A stretch of 64,000 nucleotides of DNA from an uncultured beta proteobacterium (GTDB lineage Bacteria; Pseudomonadota; Gammaproteobacteria; Burkholderiales; Usitatibacteraceae). The notes under the pieces were generated by a model, which saw nothing but the letters and a program-made list of their open reading frames with translations, did not search any database and had not been told where the DNA came from. The DNA lies in NCBI GenBank assembly GCA_963758215.1, contig CAVWUN010000003.1:923-64922 (forward strand), read 5' to 3'. Every line of letters begins with the position of its first letter. The stretch's first letter is position 1. Below are positions 1-10,484 of the stretch, piece after piece. Both the position numbers and the translations under genes were made by a program.

Positions 1-335
1 CGCGCATCGGCGGAAGCCTCGCGCCACTCCATCTGCTGCATCAGGAAATCCGCAGGCATCGACGTGTTGGTCTCCTCACCGGTGTCGAACCCCTTGAGGC
101 CGAGCAGGTAGCGCGCGCGGGCCAGCGGGTCGCGCAGCGTGCGGTACGCCTCGTTCGCCCGCGTGGCCCATTGCATCGCCACCCGCCGCTCCGCTTCGCT
201 ACCGGCGACGAACCGGTCCGGGTGCACCCTGGACTGCAGCTCCCGATAGCGGTCCTCCAGGCGCGACGCGTCCACCGCGTAGCCCACCGGCAGCCCCAGC
301 AACTCGAAGTGGTTCCTCGCGAATTCCGGTGTCAT
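1..335 (-). CDS. hscB: Fe-S assembly co-chaperone HscB (3' end runs off window)
   Basis: Manual translation [16 protein letters not shown]...QVHPDRF...[23 protein letters not shown]; J-domain HPD motif; follows iscA. Confidence 0.93.
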   Translation of the reverse strand, partial: MTPEFARNHFELLGLPVGYAVDASRLEDRYRELQSRVHPDRFVAGSEAERRVAMQWATRANEAYRTLRDPLARARYLLGLKGFDTGEETNTSMPADFLMQQMEWREASADA

Positions 336-342
336 CTCGGAC

Positions 343-368
343 AAAAAAGGGGCGGACGCCCGCCCCTT
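343..368 (-). terminator. Intrinsic terminator-like hairpin between iscA and hscB
   Basis: + strand AAGGGGCGG-ACGC-CCGCCCCTT with A-tract 343-348, giving a U-tail on the minus strand. Confidence 0.6.
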
Positions 369-402
369 CTCGCGGCACGGGAGGGCAGAGCCCTCCCGCC
401 GC

Positions 403-726
403 TCATACGTTGAACGATTCGCCGCAGCCGCAGCGGTCCTTCTCGTTGGGATTGTTGAACTTGAAGCCTTCGTTCAGGCCCTCGCGCACGAAATCGAGCT
501 CCGTGCCGTCGAGGTACGCGAGGCTCTTGGGGTCAACGAGCACGCGCACGCCATGGCTTTCGAACTGCGTGTCCTCCGGCAGGGCCTCGTCGGCGAACTC
601 CAGCTTGTAGGCGAGCCCCGAGCAGCCCGTGGTCTTCACGCCCAGGCGCAGGCCCACGCCCTTGCCGCGGCGCTCGATGTAGCGCTGCACGTGCTCCGCG
701 GCACGATCGGTGAGGGTGACAGCCAT
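403..726 (-). CDS. iscA: Fe-S cluster assembly protein IscA
   Basis: C-terminal part of ORF 403..2289: [13 protein letters not shown]...TTGCSG...RCGCGESF. Confidence 0.96.
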   Translation of the reverse strand: MAVTLTDRAAEHVQRYIERRGKGVGLRLGVKTTGCSGLAYKLEFADEALPEDTQFESHGVRVLVDPKSLAYLDGTELDFVREGLNEGFKFNNPNEKDRCGCGESFNV

Positions 727-1145
727 CAGTCGGCGGCCTTCTTGTCGGGCGTAGCCGATTCCGCCCCGCCGTACTTCTTGCGATAGTCGGCAACGGCCGC
801 CTTGATGGCATCCTCGGCGAGGATCGAGCAATGGATCTTCACCGGCGGCAGCGCCAGCTCCTCGGCGATCTGCGTGTTCCTGATCGTCGCCGCCTCGTCC
901 ACCGACTTGCCCTTGACCCACTCCGTGACGAGCGAGGAGGAGGCAATCGCGGAGCCGCATCCGTAGGTCTTGAACTTCGCGTCCTCGATGATGCCCTGGC
1001 TGTTCACCTTGATCTGCAGCTTCATCACGTCGCCGCAGGCGGGTGCTCCCACCATGCCGGTGGCCACGCCCTGCTCGTCCTTGCCGAAGGAGCCGACGTT
1101 GCGCGGGTGCTCGTAGTGATCGATGACCTTGTCGCTGTATGCCAT
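726..1145 (-). CDS. iscU: Fe-S scaffold IscU
   Basis: [38 protein letters not shown]. Confidence 0.97.
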   Translation of the reverse strand: MAYSDKVIDHYEHPRNVGSFGKDEQGVATGMVGAPACGDVMKLQIKVNSQGIIEDAKFKTYGCGSAIASSSLVTEWVKGKSVDEAATIRNTQIAEELALPPVKIHCSILAEDAIKAAVADYRKKYGGAESATPDKKAAD

Positions 1146-1154
1146 TGCCGTCTC

Positions 1155-2369
1155 CTAGTGTGCGGCCCACTGAACCGTGTTCAGGTCCACGCCGTCCTTG
1201 TACATTTCCCAGAGCGGGCTCATCTCCCGCAGCTTGCCGATGCGCTCCTTGATGATGCGCACCGCGACGTCGATGTCCTCGGCCGTGGTGAAGCGCCCGA
1301 GGGTGAAGCGAATGGAGCTGTGGGCGAGCTCGTCGTTGCGGCCCAGGGCGCGCAGCACGTACGACGGCTCGAGGCTCGCGGAGGTGCACGCCGAGCCCGA
1401 AGATACCGCCAGCTCCTTCATGCCCATGATGAGCGATTCGCCTTCCACGTAATTGAAGCTCACGTTGAGGTTGTGCGGGACGCGGTGCTCGAGATCGCCG
1501 TTCACGTAGATCTCCTCCATGTCGCGCAGTCCCGCGAGCAGCCGGTCGCGCAGCATGCGGATGCGCTCGTTCTCCGCGGCCATCTCCACGCGCGCGAGCC
1601 GGAACGCCTCTCCCATGCCGATGATCTGGTGCGTGGCGAGCGTGCCGGAGCGCAGGCCCTTCTCGTGCCCACCCCCGTGCATCTGGGCTTCGAGGCGCAC
1701 CCGCGGCTTGCGCCGTACGTAGAGCGCCCCGATGCCCTTCGGGCCGTAGGTCTTGTGGGCCGAGAAGCTCATGAGGTCGACCTTGAGCACTTCCAGGTCG
1801 ATCGCCACCTTGCCGGTGGCCTGCGCCGCGTCGACGTGGAAGATGATGCCCCGCGCGCGGCAGATTTCGCCGATCTCGGCGACGGGCTGGATCACGCCGA
1901 TCTCGTTGTTCACCATCATGATCGAGACGACGATGGTGTCCGGGCGGATCGCGGCCTTGAGCTGCTCCAGGTCGAGCAGCCCGTCGGGCCGTGGATCCAG
2001 GTACGTCACCTCGAAGCCCTCGCGCTCGAGCTCGCGCATCGTGTCGAGCACCGCCTTGTGCTCGGTTTTCAGGGTGATCAGGTGCCGGCCCTTGGTCTTG
2101 TAGAAGTGCGCCGCGCCCTTGAGGGCGAGGTTGTCGCTTTCCGTGGCCCCGGAGGTCCAGACGATTTCCTTCGGGTCGCAGTTCACGAGCTTCGCCACCT
2201 CGGCGCGGGCGTTCTCCACCGCCTGCTCCGCTTCCCAGCCGAACGGGTGGCTGCGCGAGGCGGGATTGCCGAAATGCTCCGTGAGCCACGGGATCATCTT
2301 TTCGGCCACGCGCGGATCGACCGGCGTGGTGGCGGAGTAATCGAGGTAGATGGGCTGCTTGCGTGTCAT
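1155..2369 (-). CDS. iscS: Cysteine desulfurase IscS
   Basis: [20 protein letters not shown] (PLP Lys), SSGSACTS, C-terminal WAAH. Confidence 0.97.
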   Translation of the reverse strand: MTRKQPIYLDYSATTPVDPRVAEKMIPWLTEHFGNPASRSHPFGWEAEQAVENARAEVAKLVNCDPKEIVWTSGATESDNLALKGAAHFYKTKGRHLITLKTEHKAVLDTMRELEREGFEVTYLDPRPDGLLDLEQLKAAIRPDTIVVSIMMVNNEIGVIQPVAEIGEICRARGIIFHVDAAQATGKVAIDLEVLKVDLMSFSAHKTYGPKGIGALYVRRKPRVRLEAQMHGGGHEKGLRSGTLATHQIIGMGEAFRLARVEMAAENERIRMLRDRLLAGLRDMEEIYVNGDLEHRVPHNLNVSFNYVEGESLIMGMKELAVSSGSACTSASLEPSYVLRALGRNDELAHSSIRFTLGRFTTAEDIDVAVRIIKERIGKLREMSPLWEMYKDGVDLNTVQWAAH

Positions 2370-2373
2370 GGTC

Positions 2374-2838
2374 TCAGGCTGATACCGGATGCGGCTCGCG
2401 CGGGCGCGCGGCACGAACGAGGGAAACGGGCTTGGTGCGCTGGCGCTCCACCAGCTGCGAAAGCTTCACCCCGGAGAGGAATCCGTAGACCGCGGTGTTG
2501 AGCTCCTCCCACAGGTCGTGGGTCATGCAGCGCTGGTTCTCGTGGCAGTTCTCGCGCCCGCCGCATTGCGTCGAGTCGATGGTTTCCTCCACCGCCTGGA
2601 TGATGTCGGCGACCGACATGTCGGCCGGGTCGCGCGCGAGGTGGTATCCGCCGCCGGGCCCGCGGACACTCTCCACGAGGCTGCGCCGGCGCAGCTTGCC
2701 GAACAGCTGCTCCAGATAGGACAACGAGATCTTCTGGCGCGCGCTGATGCCCGCCAGCGTGACCGGACCGTCGGCCCCGTGCAGGGCGAGGTCGAGCATC
2801 GCGGTGACCGCGAAGCGCCCCTTGGTCGTGAGTCTCAT
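2374..2838 (-). CDS. iscR: Fe-S cluster regulator IscR (Rrf2 family)
   Basis: [27 protein letters not shown], three Cys plus His ([18 protein letters not shown]). Confidence 0.96.
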   Translation of the reverse strand: MRLTTKGRFAVTAMLDLALHGADGPVTLAGISARQKISLSYLEQLFGKLRRRSLVESVRGPGGGYHLARDPADMSVADIIQAVEETIDSTQCGGRENCHENQRCMTHDLWEELNTAVYGFLSGVKLSQLVERQRTKPVSLVRAARPREPHPVSA

Positions 2839-2869
2839 GTCGTCTGTCCTTGGGTGTCGCGAGCCCGGC

Positions 2870-2922
2870 ATACCCGAGCGATTCGGTCAACTATACGATA
2901 TCCGAGCGTTTCAGTCAAGTAT
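2870..2922 (-). promoter_or_regulatory. Two tandem IscR type-1 binding sites upstream of iscR
   Basis: Minus strand ATACTTGACTGAAACGCTCGGATAT (2922-2898) and ATAGTTGACCGAATCGCTCGGGTAT (2894-2870) resemble the 25-bp type-1 IscR motif. Confidence 0.85.
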
Positions 2923-3647
2923 TAACCGCGCCCCCCGGCGGCGCGCCACTCCGCCCCCGCACCGGCGTCGTCGTGCTCCAGGCCGTCGAGGCGACGCAGG
3001 ATTTCCGCCAGCAGCCCGTCGATGTCGTCCGTGCGCGAGCCCAGCGCGAGCAGTACCTTGTTGACCGGGTCATCCAGGTCCGCGCTCACTGCATAGGCGT
3101 CGAAGGCCGCGCGTGCGGCCTCGGCGGGGCCCGCGCCGGCCTCGACCATGCGCGCGGGAATGCCGACCACCGTCGCGCCGGCCGGGACCGCCTTCACCAC
3201 CACCGAGTTGGAGCCGACTTTCGCGCCGTCGCCCACCACGAAGGGACCGAGGATCTTGGCGCCCGCGCCCACCACCACGCCCTTGCCCAGGGTCGGATGG
3301 CGCTTGCCCTTGTTCCAGGAAACGCCCCCCAGGGTGACCCCGTGGTAGAGCGTGCAATCGTCGCCGATCTCGGCCGTCTCGCCGATCACCACGCCCATCC
3401 CATGGTCGATGAACACGCGCCGACCGATCGAGGCGCCCGGGTGGATCTCGATGCCGGTGAAGAAGCGCGTGAGGTGGGATGAAAAGCGCGCCAGCCAGCG
3501 CAAACCAATGGTCCACATCGCGTGCGAGACGCGGTGCAGCTGCAGCGCGTGGAAGCCCGGGTAGCAGGTCAATACTTCCCAGACGGAGCGTGCGGCCGGA
3601 TCGCGCTCGAACACGCACTGGATGTCTTCGCGGATGCGCCTGAACAT
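2922..3647 (-). CDS. cysE: Serine O-acetyltransferase
   Basis: [49 protein letters not shown] hexapeptide repeats. Confidence 0.95.
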   Translation of the reverse strand: MFRRIREDIQCVFERDPAARSVWEVLTCYPGFHALQLHRVSHAMWTIGLRWLARFSSHLTRFFTGIEIHPGASIGRRVFIDHGMGVVIGETAEIGDDCTLYHGVTLGGVSWNKGKRHPTLGKGVVVGAGAKILGPFVVGDGAKVGSNSVVVKAVPAGATVVGIPARMVEAGAGPAEAARAAFDAYAVSADLDDPVNKVLLALGSRTDDIDGLLAEILRRLDGLEHDDAGAGAEWRAAGGRG

Positions 3648-3723
3648 GGTGAGCCCCGTGATCCTGCACGCGGAGGTGATGGACGAAGTCTCGCATTCCC
3701 GAGTAAAATTATCAACTATTCCC

Positions 3724-4935
3724 GTGAAGCGCATCGCCCGCAAATACGTCGAGTTCGTCAGCCAGCCCGACGTTGCCCGCCTGCTGATCGTCGCCCTGCT
3801 GGCGAGGATGCCGGTCGGCATGGTGGGCTTTTCCATGCTCATGTTCCTGCGCGAGTCGCTGGGCAATTTCGCGCTCGCGGGATCGGCGGTGGGCATCAAT
3901 TTCGTCGCGCTCGCGGCCGCTGCGCCGATCCAGGGAAGGCTGATCGACCGCCACGGGCCGCGCCGGCTGCTATGGGTGACCGGCATCGTGCAGCCCCTGG
4001 CCCTGCTCGCCGTCCTGGGTTGCGCGCGGGCCCATCTGGGATTTCCGGTGATCGCGGCGAGCGCGGCGCTGGCCGGGGTCTTCGCCTCCCCGATCACCAC
4101 GCTCACGCGCACGCTCTGGCGCCACCGCTTCGAGCGCGACGAGGACCGGCGCACGGCTTTCGCGCTCGATGCGGTCACCATCGAGATCAATTTCACGCTC
4201 GGGCCCGCACTGATCGCCGCGATCCTCGCCACCGCGGGCACGACGGCCGCGTTCTGCGTGGGTATCGCCGCCGTGGCCGCGGCCGCGGCGCTCTTCCTCT
4301 GCTCGCCGGCACTGCGCTACTTCAGGCGCGATGCCGGCGTGCGCCGCCACCTGCTGGGCCCGCTCACGGAGCCGCGCCTGTGGATCCTCTTCGTCGCGAC
4401 CTTCGGGCTTACGATGGGTTTCGGATTCCTCGAAGTCGGGTATCCGGCCTACGCCACGGCGCTGGGCATGCCCGCGCTGGCGGGCATCCTGCTCGCCGTC
4501 AACTCGCTCGGCAGCGCGCTGGGCGGTGCGCTCTACGGGGGATTGCACTTCAAGGTCCCGGTGGAGCGGCAGTTCGCGGGCGCCCTCGCGCTCATGGTGC
4601 TGCCGCTGTTCCTGCACGCGATCGTAGGCCCGGTGGCGCTGTTCGCCCTTGTCGCCTTCCTTGCCGGCGCGCTCATCGCGCCGTCCATCGCCGCGCAGTC
4701 GGTGCTCGTGTCGCGGCTCGCGCCATCGCACCACGCCGCCGAGGCATTCACCTGGTCGTCGACTTTCATCGTGAGCGGCATCGGGGCCGGCATGGCGCTC
4801 GGCGGCCAAGTGGTGGAAGGCCTGGGCGCGCGCTACGCGTTCGCCTGCGCCGCCGCGATCGTGGGCGCCATGGCGCTGGTCGCCCTGGCGCTCGCCCCGC
4901 GCCCGAAAGTCACCCCCGTACGCGCCAACGACTAG
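3724..4935 (+). CDS. MFS transporter
   Basis: About 12 hydrophobic segments, motif A-like [10 protein letters not shown]; start uncertain (GTG 3724 chosen). Confidence 0.85.
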   Translation: MKRIARKYVEFVSQPDVARLLIVALLARMPVGMVGFSMLMFLRESLGNFALAGSAVGINFVALAAAAPIQGRLIDRHGPRRLLWVTGIVQPLALLAVLGCARAHLGFPVIAASAALAGVFASPITTLTRTLWRHRFERDEDRRTAFALDAVTIEINFTLGPALIAAILATAGTTAAFCVGIAAVAAAAALFLCSPALRYFRRDAGVRRHLLGPLTEPRLWILFVATFGLTMGFGFLEVGYPAYATALGMPALAGILLAVNSLGSALGGALYGGLHFKVPVERQFAGALALMVLPLFLHAIVGPVALFALVAFLAGALIAPSIAAQSVLVSRLAPSHHAAEAFTWSSTFIVSGIGAGMALGGQVVEGLGARYAFACAAAIVGAMALVALALAPRPKVTPVRAND

Positions 4936-4962
4936 CCGGCGCGCCGCGACGCGGTCGGCCCC

Positions 4963-5694
4963 TCAGCGCCGCATGCGCTCCTCGAACGCGGCGAGCATGC
5001 CGCGCAGCAGCTTCACCTCCGAACGCTCGGGATTCGCGCGCGCCAGCAGGCGGCGCAGCCGCTCCATGAGTCGTCCCGGTCGCCCCGGGTCGAGGTAGCC
5101 GCTCTCGGCCATGGCGGCTTCCCAGTGGACGAACAGCGCTTCCACATCCTCGGTGGTGGCCGGCAACCGCCGCGCGGGCTCGCGCGGGGCGAATGCATCG
5201 GCCGCGCTCGCAAGCTCGTAGCAGGCGACCTGCACGGCCGCGGCGAGATTGAGCGACGAATGCGCGGGATCCGCGGGGATGGTCACGAGCATCCGGCAGC
5301 GTCCCAGCTCCCGGTTGGTGAGGCCGAAGGTCTCGTTGCCGAACACCAGCGCCACGGGACCGCCCGCCGCGGCCTCGAGGATCTCCGGAGCGGCTTCGCG
5401 CAGGGCGCGCGGCGCATGGGACAGGTCACGCACGCGCGCGCTCAGGCCCACGGCGAGCACCGCATCGCCGATCGCGTCCTCGAGCCGGCCGCAAACGCGC
5501 GCGCGCTCGAGCACGTCGAGCGCCCCGGTGGCGAGCGCGGTGGCCTGCGGATCGGGAAAGCGGCGCGGCGCGACCAGCCGCAGCTCGCCGAAGCCCATGG
5601 TGCGCATGGCGCGCGCGGCCGCGCCGATGTTGCCGGGATGGCTGGGATGGGAAAGGACGACCGCGATGCGCGCGAGGTAATCGTGCGTGGGCAT
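4963..5694 (-). CDS. trmJ: tRNA (C32/U32-2'-O)-methyltransferase TrmJ (SPOUT)
   Basis: SHPGNIGAAARAM, LVFGNETFGL, SSLNLAAAV; usual suhB/cysE neighbourhood. Confidence 0.9.
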   Translation of the reverse strand: MPTHDYLARIAVVLSHPSHPGNIGAAARAMRTMGFGELRLVAPRRFPDPQATALATGALDVLERARVCGRLEDAIGDAVLAVGLSARVRDLSHAPRALREAAPEILEAAAGGPVALVFGNETFGLTNRELGRCRMLVTIPADPAHSSLNLAAAVQVACYELASAADAFAPREPARRLPATTEDVEALFVHWEAAMAESGYLDPGRPGRLMERLRRLLARANPERSEVKLLRGMLAAFEERMRR

Positions 5695-5759
5695 CGCGGA
5701 ATTCTGCCCGAGAAAGTGCGCCGGGGAGGCCGGCGTTCACGGCGCGGCGGCCGCAGCGC

Positions 5760-5794
5760 AAAAAAAGAGCGGAGTACCGCCCCCGGCACTCCGC
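5760..5794 (-). terminator. Intrinsic terminator on minus strand
   Basis: Minus strand GCGGAGUGCCG-GGGG-CGGUACUCCGC then UCUUUUUUU; the only non-Watson-Crick pair is G-U on this strand. Confidence 0.85.
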
Positions 5795-5856
5795 AGTTGC
5801 GCCCCACAACCTTTGGACCGGCGTCGAACGCACCGGTTTATATCGTGTTGCGATAG
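5760..5856 (-). ncRNA. Putative ~100-nt small RNA (or terminated leader of trmJ)
   Basis: Lies between a near-consensus sigma70 promoter and a strong terminator; has internal hairpins and no convincing ORF. Confidence 0.5.
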
Positions 5857-5892
5857 GATATCGTTATATATCGTACGTCGATATTTTGTCAA
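5840..5892 (-). promoter_or_regulatory. Sigma70-like promoter overlapped by two ATATCG-N5-CGATAT operators
   Basis: -35 TTGACA (5892-5887), 18-nt spacer, -10 TATAAC (5868-5863); palindromes ATATCG-TACGT-CGATAT (5868-5884) and ATATCG-TGTTG-CGATAG (5840-5856). Confidence 0.7.
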
Positions 5893-5942
5893 CGATCGCG
5901 GTATGCTGCAGCAGCGCCGCCCGCGAGGAGACGCACGACACC

Positions 5943-6383
5943 ATGCCCCTCAGCAAAGCCGAATACGAGATGCTTGCGGGGTTCCGCCACCGGCTGCGGC
6001 GGTTCCTGAGCTTCAGCGAGCGCTCGGCGGAACGCGTGGGCCTCACCCAGCACCAGTACCAGGCCCTGCTCGCGGTGCGCGCGCACCCGGGGCCGGGCCT
6101 GCTCACCATCAGCGAGCTCGCCGAGCAGATGCTCATCAAGCACCACAGCGCCGTCGGAATGGTCGACCGGCTGGAGCAGCAGCAGCTCGTGCGCCGCGAG
6201 CACTCGGCCGAAGACCGCCGCAAGGTGGGCATCCGCCTCACGAGCAGCGGCCGCAAGGTGTTCGCGAAGCTCGCGGCGGTGCATCGCGCGGAGTTGCGGC
6301 GCATCGGGCCGGACCTGGCCCGGTTCATGGAGTACTTCGGACGTGCGCCCGCTGCGCCGGCGCGCGGAGCGTCCCGGCGCTGA
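5943..6383 (+). CDS. MarR family transcriptional regulator
   Basis: GLTQHQYQALL, TISELAEQM..HHSAVGMVDRL, EDRRKVGIRLT winged HTH. Confidence 0.9.
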   Translation: MPLSKAEYEMLAGFRHRLRRFLSFSERSAERVGLTQHQYQALLAVRAHPGPGLLTISELAEQMLIKHHSAVGMVDRLEQQQLVRREHSAEDRRKVGIRLTSSGRKVFAKLAAVHRAELRRIGPDLARFMEYFGRAPAAPARGASRR

Positions 6384-6463
6384 TCCCTGCGCGGCGAAGC
6401 GGGTAAAATGACATTCCTCGAGGCCGCGTCCCTCTTCGCGGCCGCCCTTCCCGCCGGTATCCC

Positions 6464-7258
6464 ATGCACCCGATGCTCAACACGGCCGTCAAGGCCGCGC
6501 GCAAGGCCGGCAGCATCATCAGCCGCGCCTCGTTCGATCTCGACAAGCTCACCGTCCGGCGCAAGCGCCAGAACGACTTCGTCTCCGAGGTGGACCACGC
6601 GGCCGAGGAAGCCATCCTCGCCATGCTGCGCGAGGCCTATCCGCGCCACGGCTTCCTCGCCGAGGAGAGCGGCGCGCGCGATACCGGGGCCGACTACGTG
6701 TGGGTGATCGACCCGCTCGACGGCACCACCAATTTCCTGCATGGCTTCCCGCAGTACTGCGTGTCGATCGGGCTGCTGCACAAGGGCGTGCCGCAGCAGG
6801 CGGTGGTCTTCGACCCGAACCGCAACGAGCTCTTCACGGCGAGCCGGGGTGTGGGCGCATACCTCAACGACCGGCGCATCCGCGTGAGCCGGACCGACAA
6901 GCTCGAGGATGCGCTTATGGGCACGGGCTTTCCGTTTCGCGAGGTGTCCGTGATCGACGAGTACCTGGGCATGTTCCGGCGCATGACGCTCAGCTGCTCG
7001 GGCATCCGCCGGCCCGGCGCGGCTGCCCTCGACCTCGCCTGGGTCGCCGCGGGGCGCCTCGACGGCTTCTGGGAGATCGGGCTTTCGCCGTGGGACATGG
7101 CGGCGGGTGCGCTGCTGGTGCGCGAGGCGGGCGGACTGGTGGGCGATTTCGCGGGCGAGGCCGGCTTCCTCGACAGCGGGCGCATCGTGGCCTCGAACGG
7201 AAAGATCTTTGCCTCGATCCTGAAGATCGTGCAGGCGCCATCCCCGGGCACACAGTGA
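6464..7258 (+). CDS. suhB: Inositol monophosphatase SuhB
   Basis: [31 protein letters not shown]. Confidence 0.95.
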   Translation: MHPMLNTAVKAARKAGSIISRASFDLDKLTVRRKRQNDFVSEVDHAAEEAILAMLREAYPRHGFLAEESGARDTGADYVWVIDPLDGTTNFLHGFPQYCVSIGLLHKGVPQQAVVFDPNRNELFTASRGVGAYLNDRRIRVSRTDKLEDALMGTGFPFREVSVIDEYLGMFRRMTLSCSGIRRPGAAALDLAWVAAGRLDGFWEIGLSPWDMAAGALLVREAGGLVGDFAGEAGFLDSGRIVASNGKIFASILKIVQAPSPGTQ

Positions 7259-8571
7259 CCTCGTCCGCCGAGCGCGCAAGGCACCGCGTCGTCGTGGTGG
7301 GCGGGGGCGCCGGCGGGCTCGAGCTCGCCACCCGCCTGGGCGAGCGCCTCGGGGGCCGGGACCGCGCCCACGTGACGCTCGTCGATCGGGGACGCACCCA
7401 CCTGTGGAAGCCGCTGCTGCACGAGGTCGCCGCCGGCAGCATGGACATGCATGCGCACCAGCTCGACTACCTGGCGCAGGCGCGCTGGCACCACTTCACC
7501 TTCGTGCTGGGCGGCCTCGCCGGCCTCGATCGCGCCACCCGCAGCCTCGCGGTGAGCGCCGTGCTCGACGACGAGGGAACCGAGATCCTGCCCGAGCGCC
7601 GCGTGCCCTACGACACGCTGGTGATCGCCATCGGAAGCGAGTCCAATGACTTCAACACGCCGGGCGTGCGCGAGCACGCGTTCACCATCGACAACACGTG
7701 GCAGGCGCACCTTTTCCACCGGCGCCTCGTGAACGCATGCTTTCGCGCCAACTTCGCCGCCGATGAGCGCGTGCTGAACATCGCGATCGTGGGCGCGGGA
7801 GCCACCGGCGTGGAGCTCGCTGCCGAGTTGCACAACACCATCCGCGTGCTCGCCGCCTACGGCCTGGAGCATTTCGACCCCGAGCACCAGATCCGCATCC
7901 GCATCGTCGAAGCGGGCGCGCGCATCCTCCCCGGATTGCCCGAGTACATCGCCACCGAAACCCTGCGCACCCTCGAGGCGCTCCATGTGGAAGTGCTGTG
8001 CGGCGAACGCGTCGTGGAAGCCGGCGCCGGGCGCGTAAGGACCGCCACCGGACGCGAGGTGCCGGCCGATTTCACCGTGTGGGCCGCGGGTATCCGCTGC
8101 GCGCCAGTGCTGGCACAGCTCGACGGACTCGAGACCAACCGCATCCAGCAGCTGGTGGTGGGCCCGACCCTGCAGACCACCCGGGACCCCGACGTCTTCG
8201 CCCTCGGCGATTGCGCGGCCGTGCCTTGGACCATGGAGCGCCTCGTGCCGCCGCGCGCGCAGGCCGCGCACCAGGAAGCCAACCTCCTCGCGAAGACGAT
8301 CGTCGGCCGGCTCTCCGGGAAGCAGCCGGCGGCGTTCCACTACCGCGACTTCGGCTCCCTGGTCTCCCTCGGCAACTACCAGTCGGTGGGCACGCTCATG
8401 GGCTTCATCACCGGGGGCACCCTGCACATGGAGGGGCTGCTCGCCAAGCTCTTCTATATCTCGCTTTACCGCCTGCACATCTGGGCGCTGCACGGCTTCT
8501 GGCGCATGGCGCTCGACACGCTCGCGCGCCTGATCCGCCACCAGACCGAGCCGAAGGTGAAGCTGCACTAG
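7255..8571 (+). CDS. ndh: Type II NADH dehydrogenase
   Basis: [51 protein letters not shown]-terminal VKLH; GTG overlaps suhB stop. Confidence 0.92.
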   Translation: MTSSAERARHRVVVVGGGAGGLELATRLGERLGGRDRAHVTLVDRGRTHLWKPLLHEVAAGSMDMHAHQLDYLAQARWHHFTFVLGGLAGLDRATRSLAVSAVLDDEGTEILPERRVPYDTLVIAIGSESNDFNTPGVREHAFTIDNTWQAHLFHRRLVNACFRANFAADERVLNIAIVGAGATGVELAAELHNTIRVLAAYGLEHFDPEHQIRIRIVEAGARILPGLPEYIATETLRTLEALHVEVLCGERVVEAGAGRVRTATGREVPADFTVWAAGIRCAPVLAQLDGLETNRIQQLVVGPTLQTTRDPDVFALGDCAAVPWTMERLVPPRAQAAHQEANLLAKTIVGRLSGKQPAAFHYRDFGSLVSLGNYQSVGTLMGFITGGTLHMEGLLAKLFYISLYRLHIWALHGFWRMALDTLARLIRHQTEPKVKLH

Positions 8572-8643
8572 TTGACGGCCATCAAGCGGCGATCGCCGCG
8601 CGCGCCTATGCTCGCTGCGGATCGGCATGGAAGGGACCGCCCG

Positions 8644-9219
8644 GTGGCTCGCGTGCTCATGCTCTACGCCTCGATCGACGGGCAGACGGCCCGCATCGCC
8701 GAGCGCATCGCCGTGCTCCTGCGCGCGCGCGGCCTCGCGGTGACGCTGCTTTCCGCGAACGCGCCCGGCGCGCCCGCGCAGATCGGGTGCCACGACGGCA
8801 TCATCATTGGAGCGTGCATCCGCTACGGGCGCCATCCCGCGTGGCTGGCGAAGCTGGTGCGCGAACGGCGGGCCCAGATCGCGGACCGGCCCAACGCGTT
8901 CTTCTCCGTGTGCCTGAGCGCCGGCGGACCGGGTGCGAGGCCCGCCACCGCGCGCGGCTACCTCGACGACTTCGGGCATCGCACGGGCTGGTCGAGCGAG
9001 CAGTCCGCGAGCTTCGCCGGGGCGCTGCTCTACCGCCGCTATCGCCCGCTCGTGCGCTTCCTGATTCGCTTCATCATGAAAGTCACGGGCGGCGAGACCG
9101 ACGCTTCCCGCGACTACGAGTACACGGATTGGGCCGCGGTGGAGCGCTATGCCGAGGAATTCGCGCGCCGCATGCCGGCGACAAGCGCAAGCGCATCTGC
9201 GCCGAACACCTACCAGTAG
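8644..9219 (+). CDS. hemG: Flavodoxin-type protoporphyrinogen IX oxidase HemG-like
   Basis: LYASIDGQTARIA, GACIRYG, AFFSVCL, FAGALLYRRY, EYTDW; start uncertain. Confidence 0.8.
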   Translation: MARVLMLYASIDGQTARIAERIAVLLRARGLAVTLLSANAPGAPAQIGCHDGIIIGACIRYGRHPAWLAKLVRERRAQIADRPNAFFSVCLSAGGPGARPATARGYLDDFGHRTGWSSEQSASFAGALLYRRYRPLVRFLIRFIMKVTGGETDASRDYEYTDWAAVERYAEEFARRMPATSASASAPNTYQ

Positions 9220-10019
9220 CCCTCGGCCGAGAGCTGGCCGGGCACGCCGCGCCGCCCCGGCACGAGCCCGCGCTCGCGCAGCAGTGCGCGCACATCGCGG
9301 ATCATGTCCGGATTGCCGCACAGCATCGCGCGGGAGGCACCCGGCTCGATCACCTGCCCCGCGGCGCGCTCCATGTCGCCGCTGCGCAGCAACGCGTCCA
9401 CCCGCGTGCCGAATGCGCCCGGCAGCGCCTCCCGGGTCACGATCGGGAAGAACGCGAGGCGCGCGCGATCGGCGTCACCGAAGCGCGCCATCGCCGTGTC
9501 GAGCGCCCCGGTCGCGAGCTCCGCAGCGTAACGCACGTTGTGTGCGAGCACCACGCGGGCGTGGCGCTCCCAGGTGCGCGCGTCGGCCAGCATCGACAGG
9601 AAGGGAGCGATGCCCGTGCCCGTGGCAAGCATCCACAGCGTGCCCCCGGGCGCCACCTGGTCGAGGGTGAGGAATCCGAAGCTGCGCTGGTCGAGGCGGA
9701 TCGCATCGCCCGGCGCGGCCCGCGCGAAGCGCTGCGTGAACGCGCCTCCCGGGACGACGGTGAACTGGAACTCGAGGTACGCGGCATCGGCCGGCGAGGC
9801 GATCGAATACGGCCGCCATGCCATCGTGCCGTCGGCCGCTTCGAGCCCCAGGCGCGCGTAGTGGCCGGGCGTGAAACGGAACTGCGCGGGCCGCGTGATG
9901 CGAAATTCCACCAGCGCGGGCGTACGTTGCACGATCGACACGATGCGCTCCACGCTGCACGCCGGTGCGCTCGCGGACGGGAGCGGCGCTGCGGCCGCGG
10001 GATCGGATGCGCGCAGCAA
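9210..10019 (-). CDS. fpr: Ferredoxin/flavodoxin-NADP+ reductase
   Basis: RPYSIAS, MLATGTGIAPF, MLCGNPDMI, C-terminal EGYW. Confidence 0.9.
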   Translation of the reverse strand: MLRASDPAAAAPLPSASAPACSVERIVSIVQRTPALVEFRITRPAQFRFTPGHYARLGLEAADGTMAWRPYSIASPADAAYLEFQFTVVPGGAFTQRFARAAPGDAIRLDQRSFGFLTLDQVAPGGTLWMLATGTGIAPFLSMLADARTWERHARVVLAHNVRYAAELATGALDTAMARFGDADRARLAFFPIVTREALPGAFGTRVDALLRSGDMERAAGQVIEPGASRAMLCGNPDMIRDVRALLRERGLVPGRRGVPGQLSAEGYW

Positions 10020-10022
10020 TCC

Positions 10023-10475
10023 TCAGCGCCCCCCGCCCGCGGCGCGCGGGAACACGAGCACCCTTGCCAGCCGGCCGCGGGGCGCGAGCAGGTCGGCCAG
10101 GGTATGGCGGTCGAGCACTTCGTAGAAGGCCTCGAGCGCTTCCGAGAGCGCTGCGCGCAGCACGCACGCACGCTCGATCCGGCAACCGCCCGCGCCGCGC
10201 TCGAAGCACTCGACCAGCGCGCCCTGCTCCGCCTCGCGCACCAGCGCGCCCACGTTGATGGCTTGCGGGGCGCGCGCCAGGCGCATGCCGCCGCCCTTCC
10301 CGCGCACCGTCTCGACGTGCCCGCGCAGCGCCAGGTGCTGCACCACCTTCGTCAGGTGGTTCTGCGAGATGCCGTAGGCCGCGGCGATTTCCCCGGCGGT
10401 CGCGAGCCGCCCGCCGTGGACGCCGAGATACAGCAGCACGCGCAGCGAATAGTCCGAGAACGCGGTCAGTCTCAT
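10023..10475 (-). CDS. nsrR: NO-sensing Rrf2 regulator NsrR
   Basis: [33 protein letters not shown], three Cys (VECF...GCRIERAC). Confidence 0.85.
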   Translation of the reverse strand: MRLTAFSDYSLRVLLYLGVHGGRLATAGEIAAAYGISQNHLTKVVQHLALRGHVETVRGKGGGMRLARAPQAINVGALVREAEQGALVECFERGAGGCRIERACVLRAALSEALEAFYEVLDRHTLADLLAPRGRLARVLVFPRAAGGGR

Positions 10476-10484
10476 GGATGGCTG

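Noticed and set aside
403-2289. 628-aa ORF appearing as an extended IscA fusion
   Set aside because: Only the last 107 aa are IscA; the rest is an alternative frame over iscU and iscS
5810-5840. GTTCGA T-loop-like motif followed by CCA on the minus strand, suggesting a tRNA
   Set aside because: No cloverleaf can be formed; acceptor, D and anticodon arms are missing
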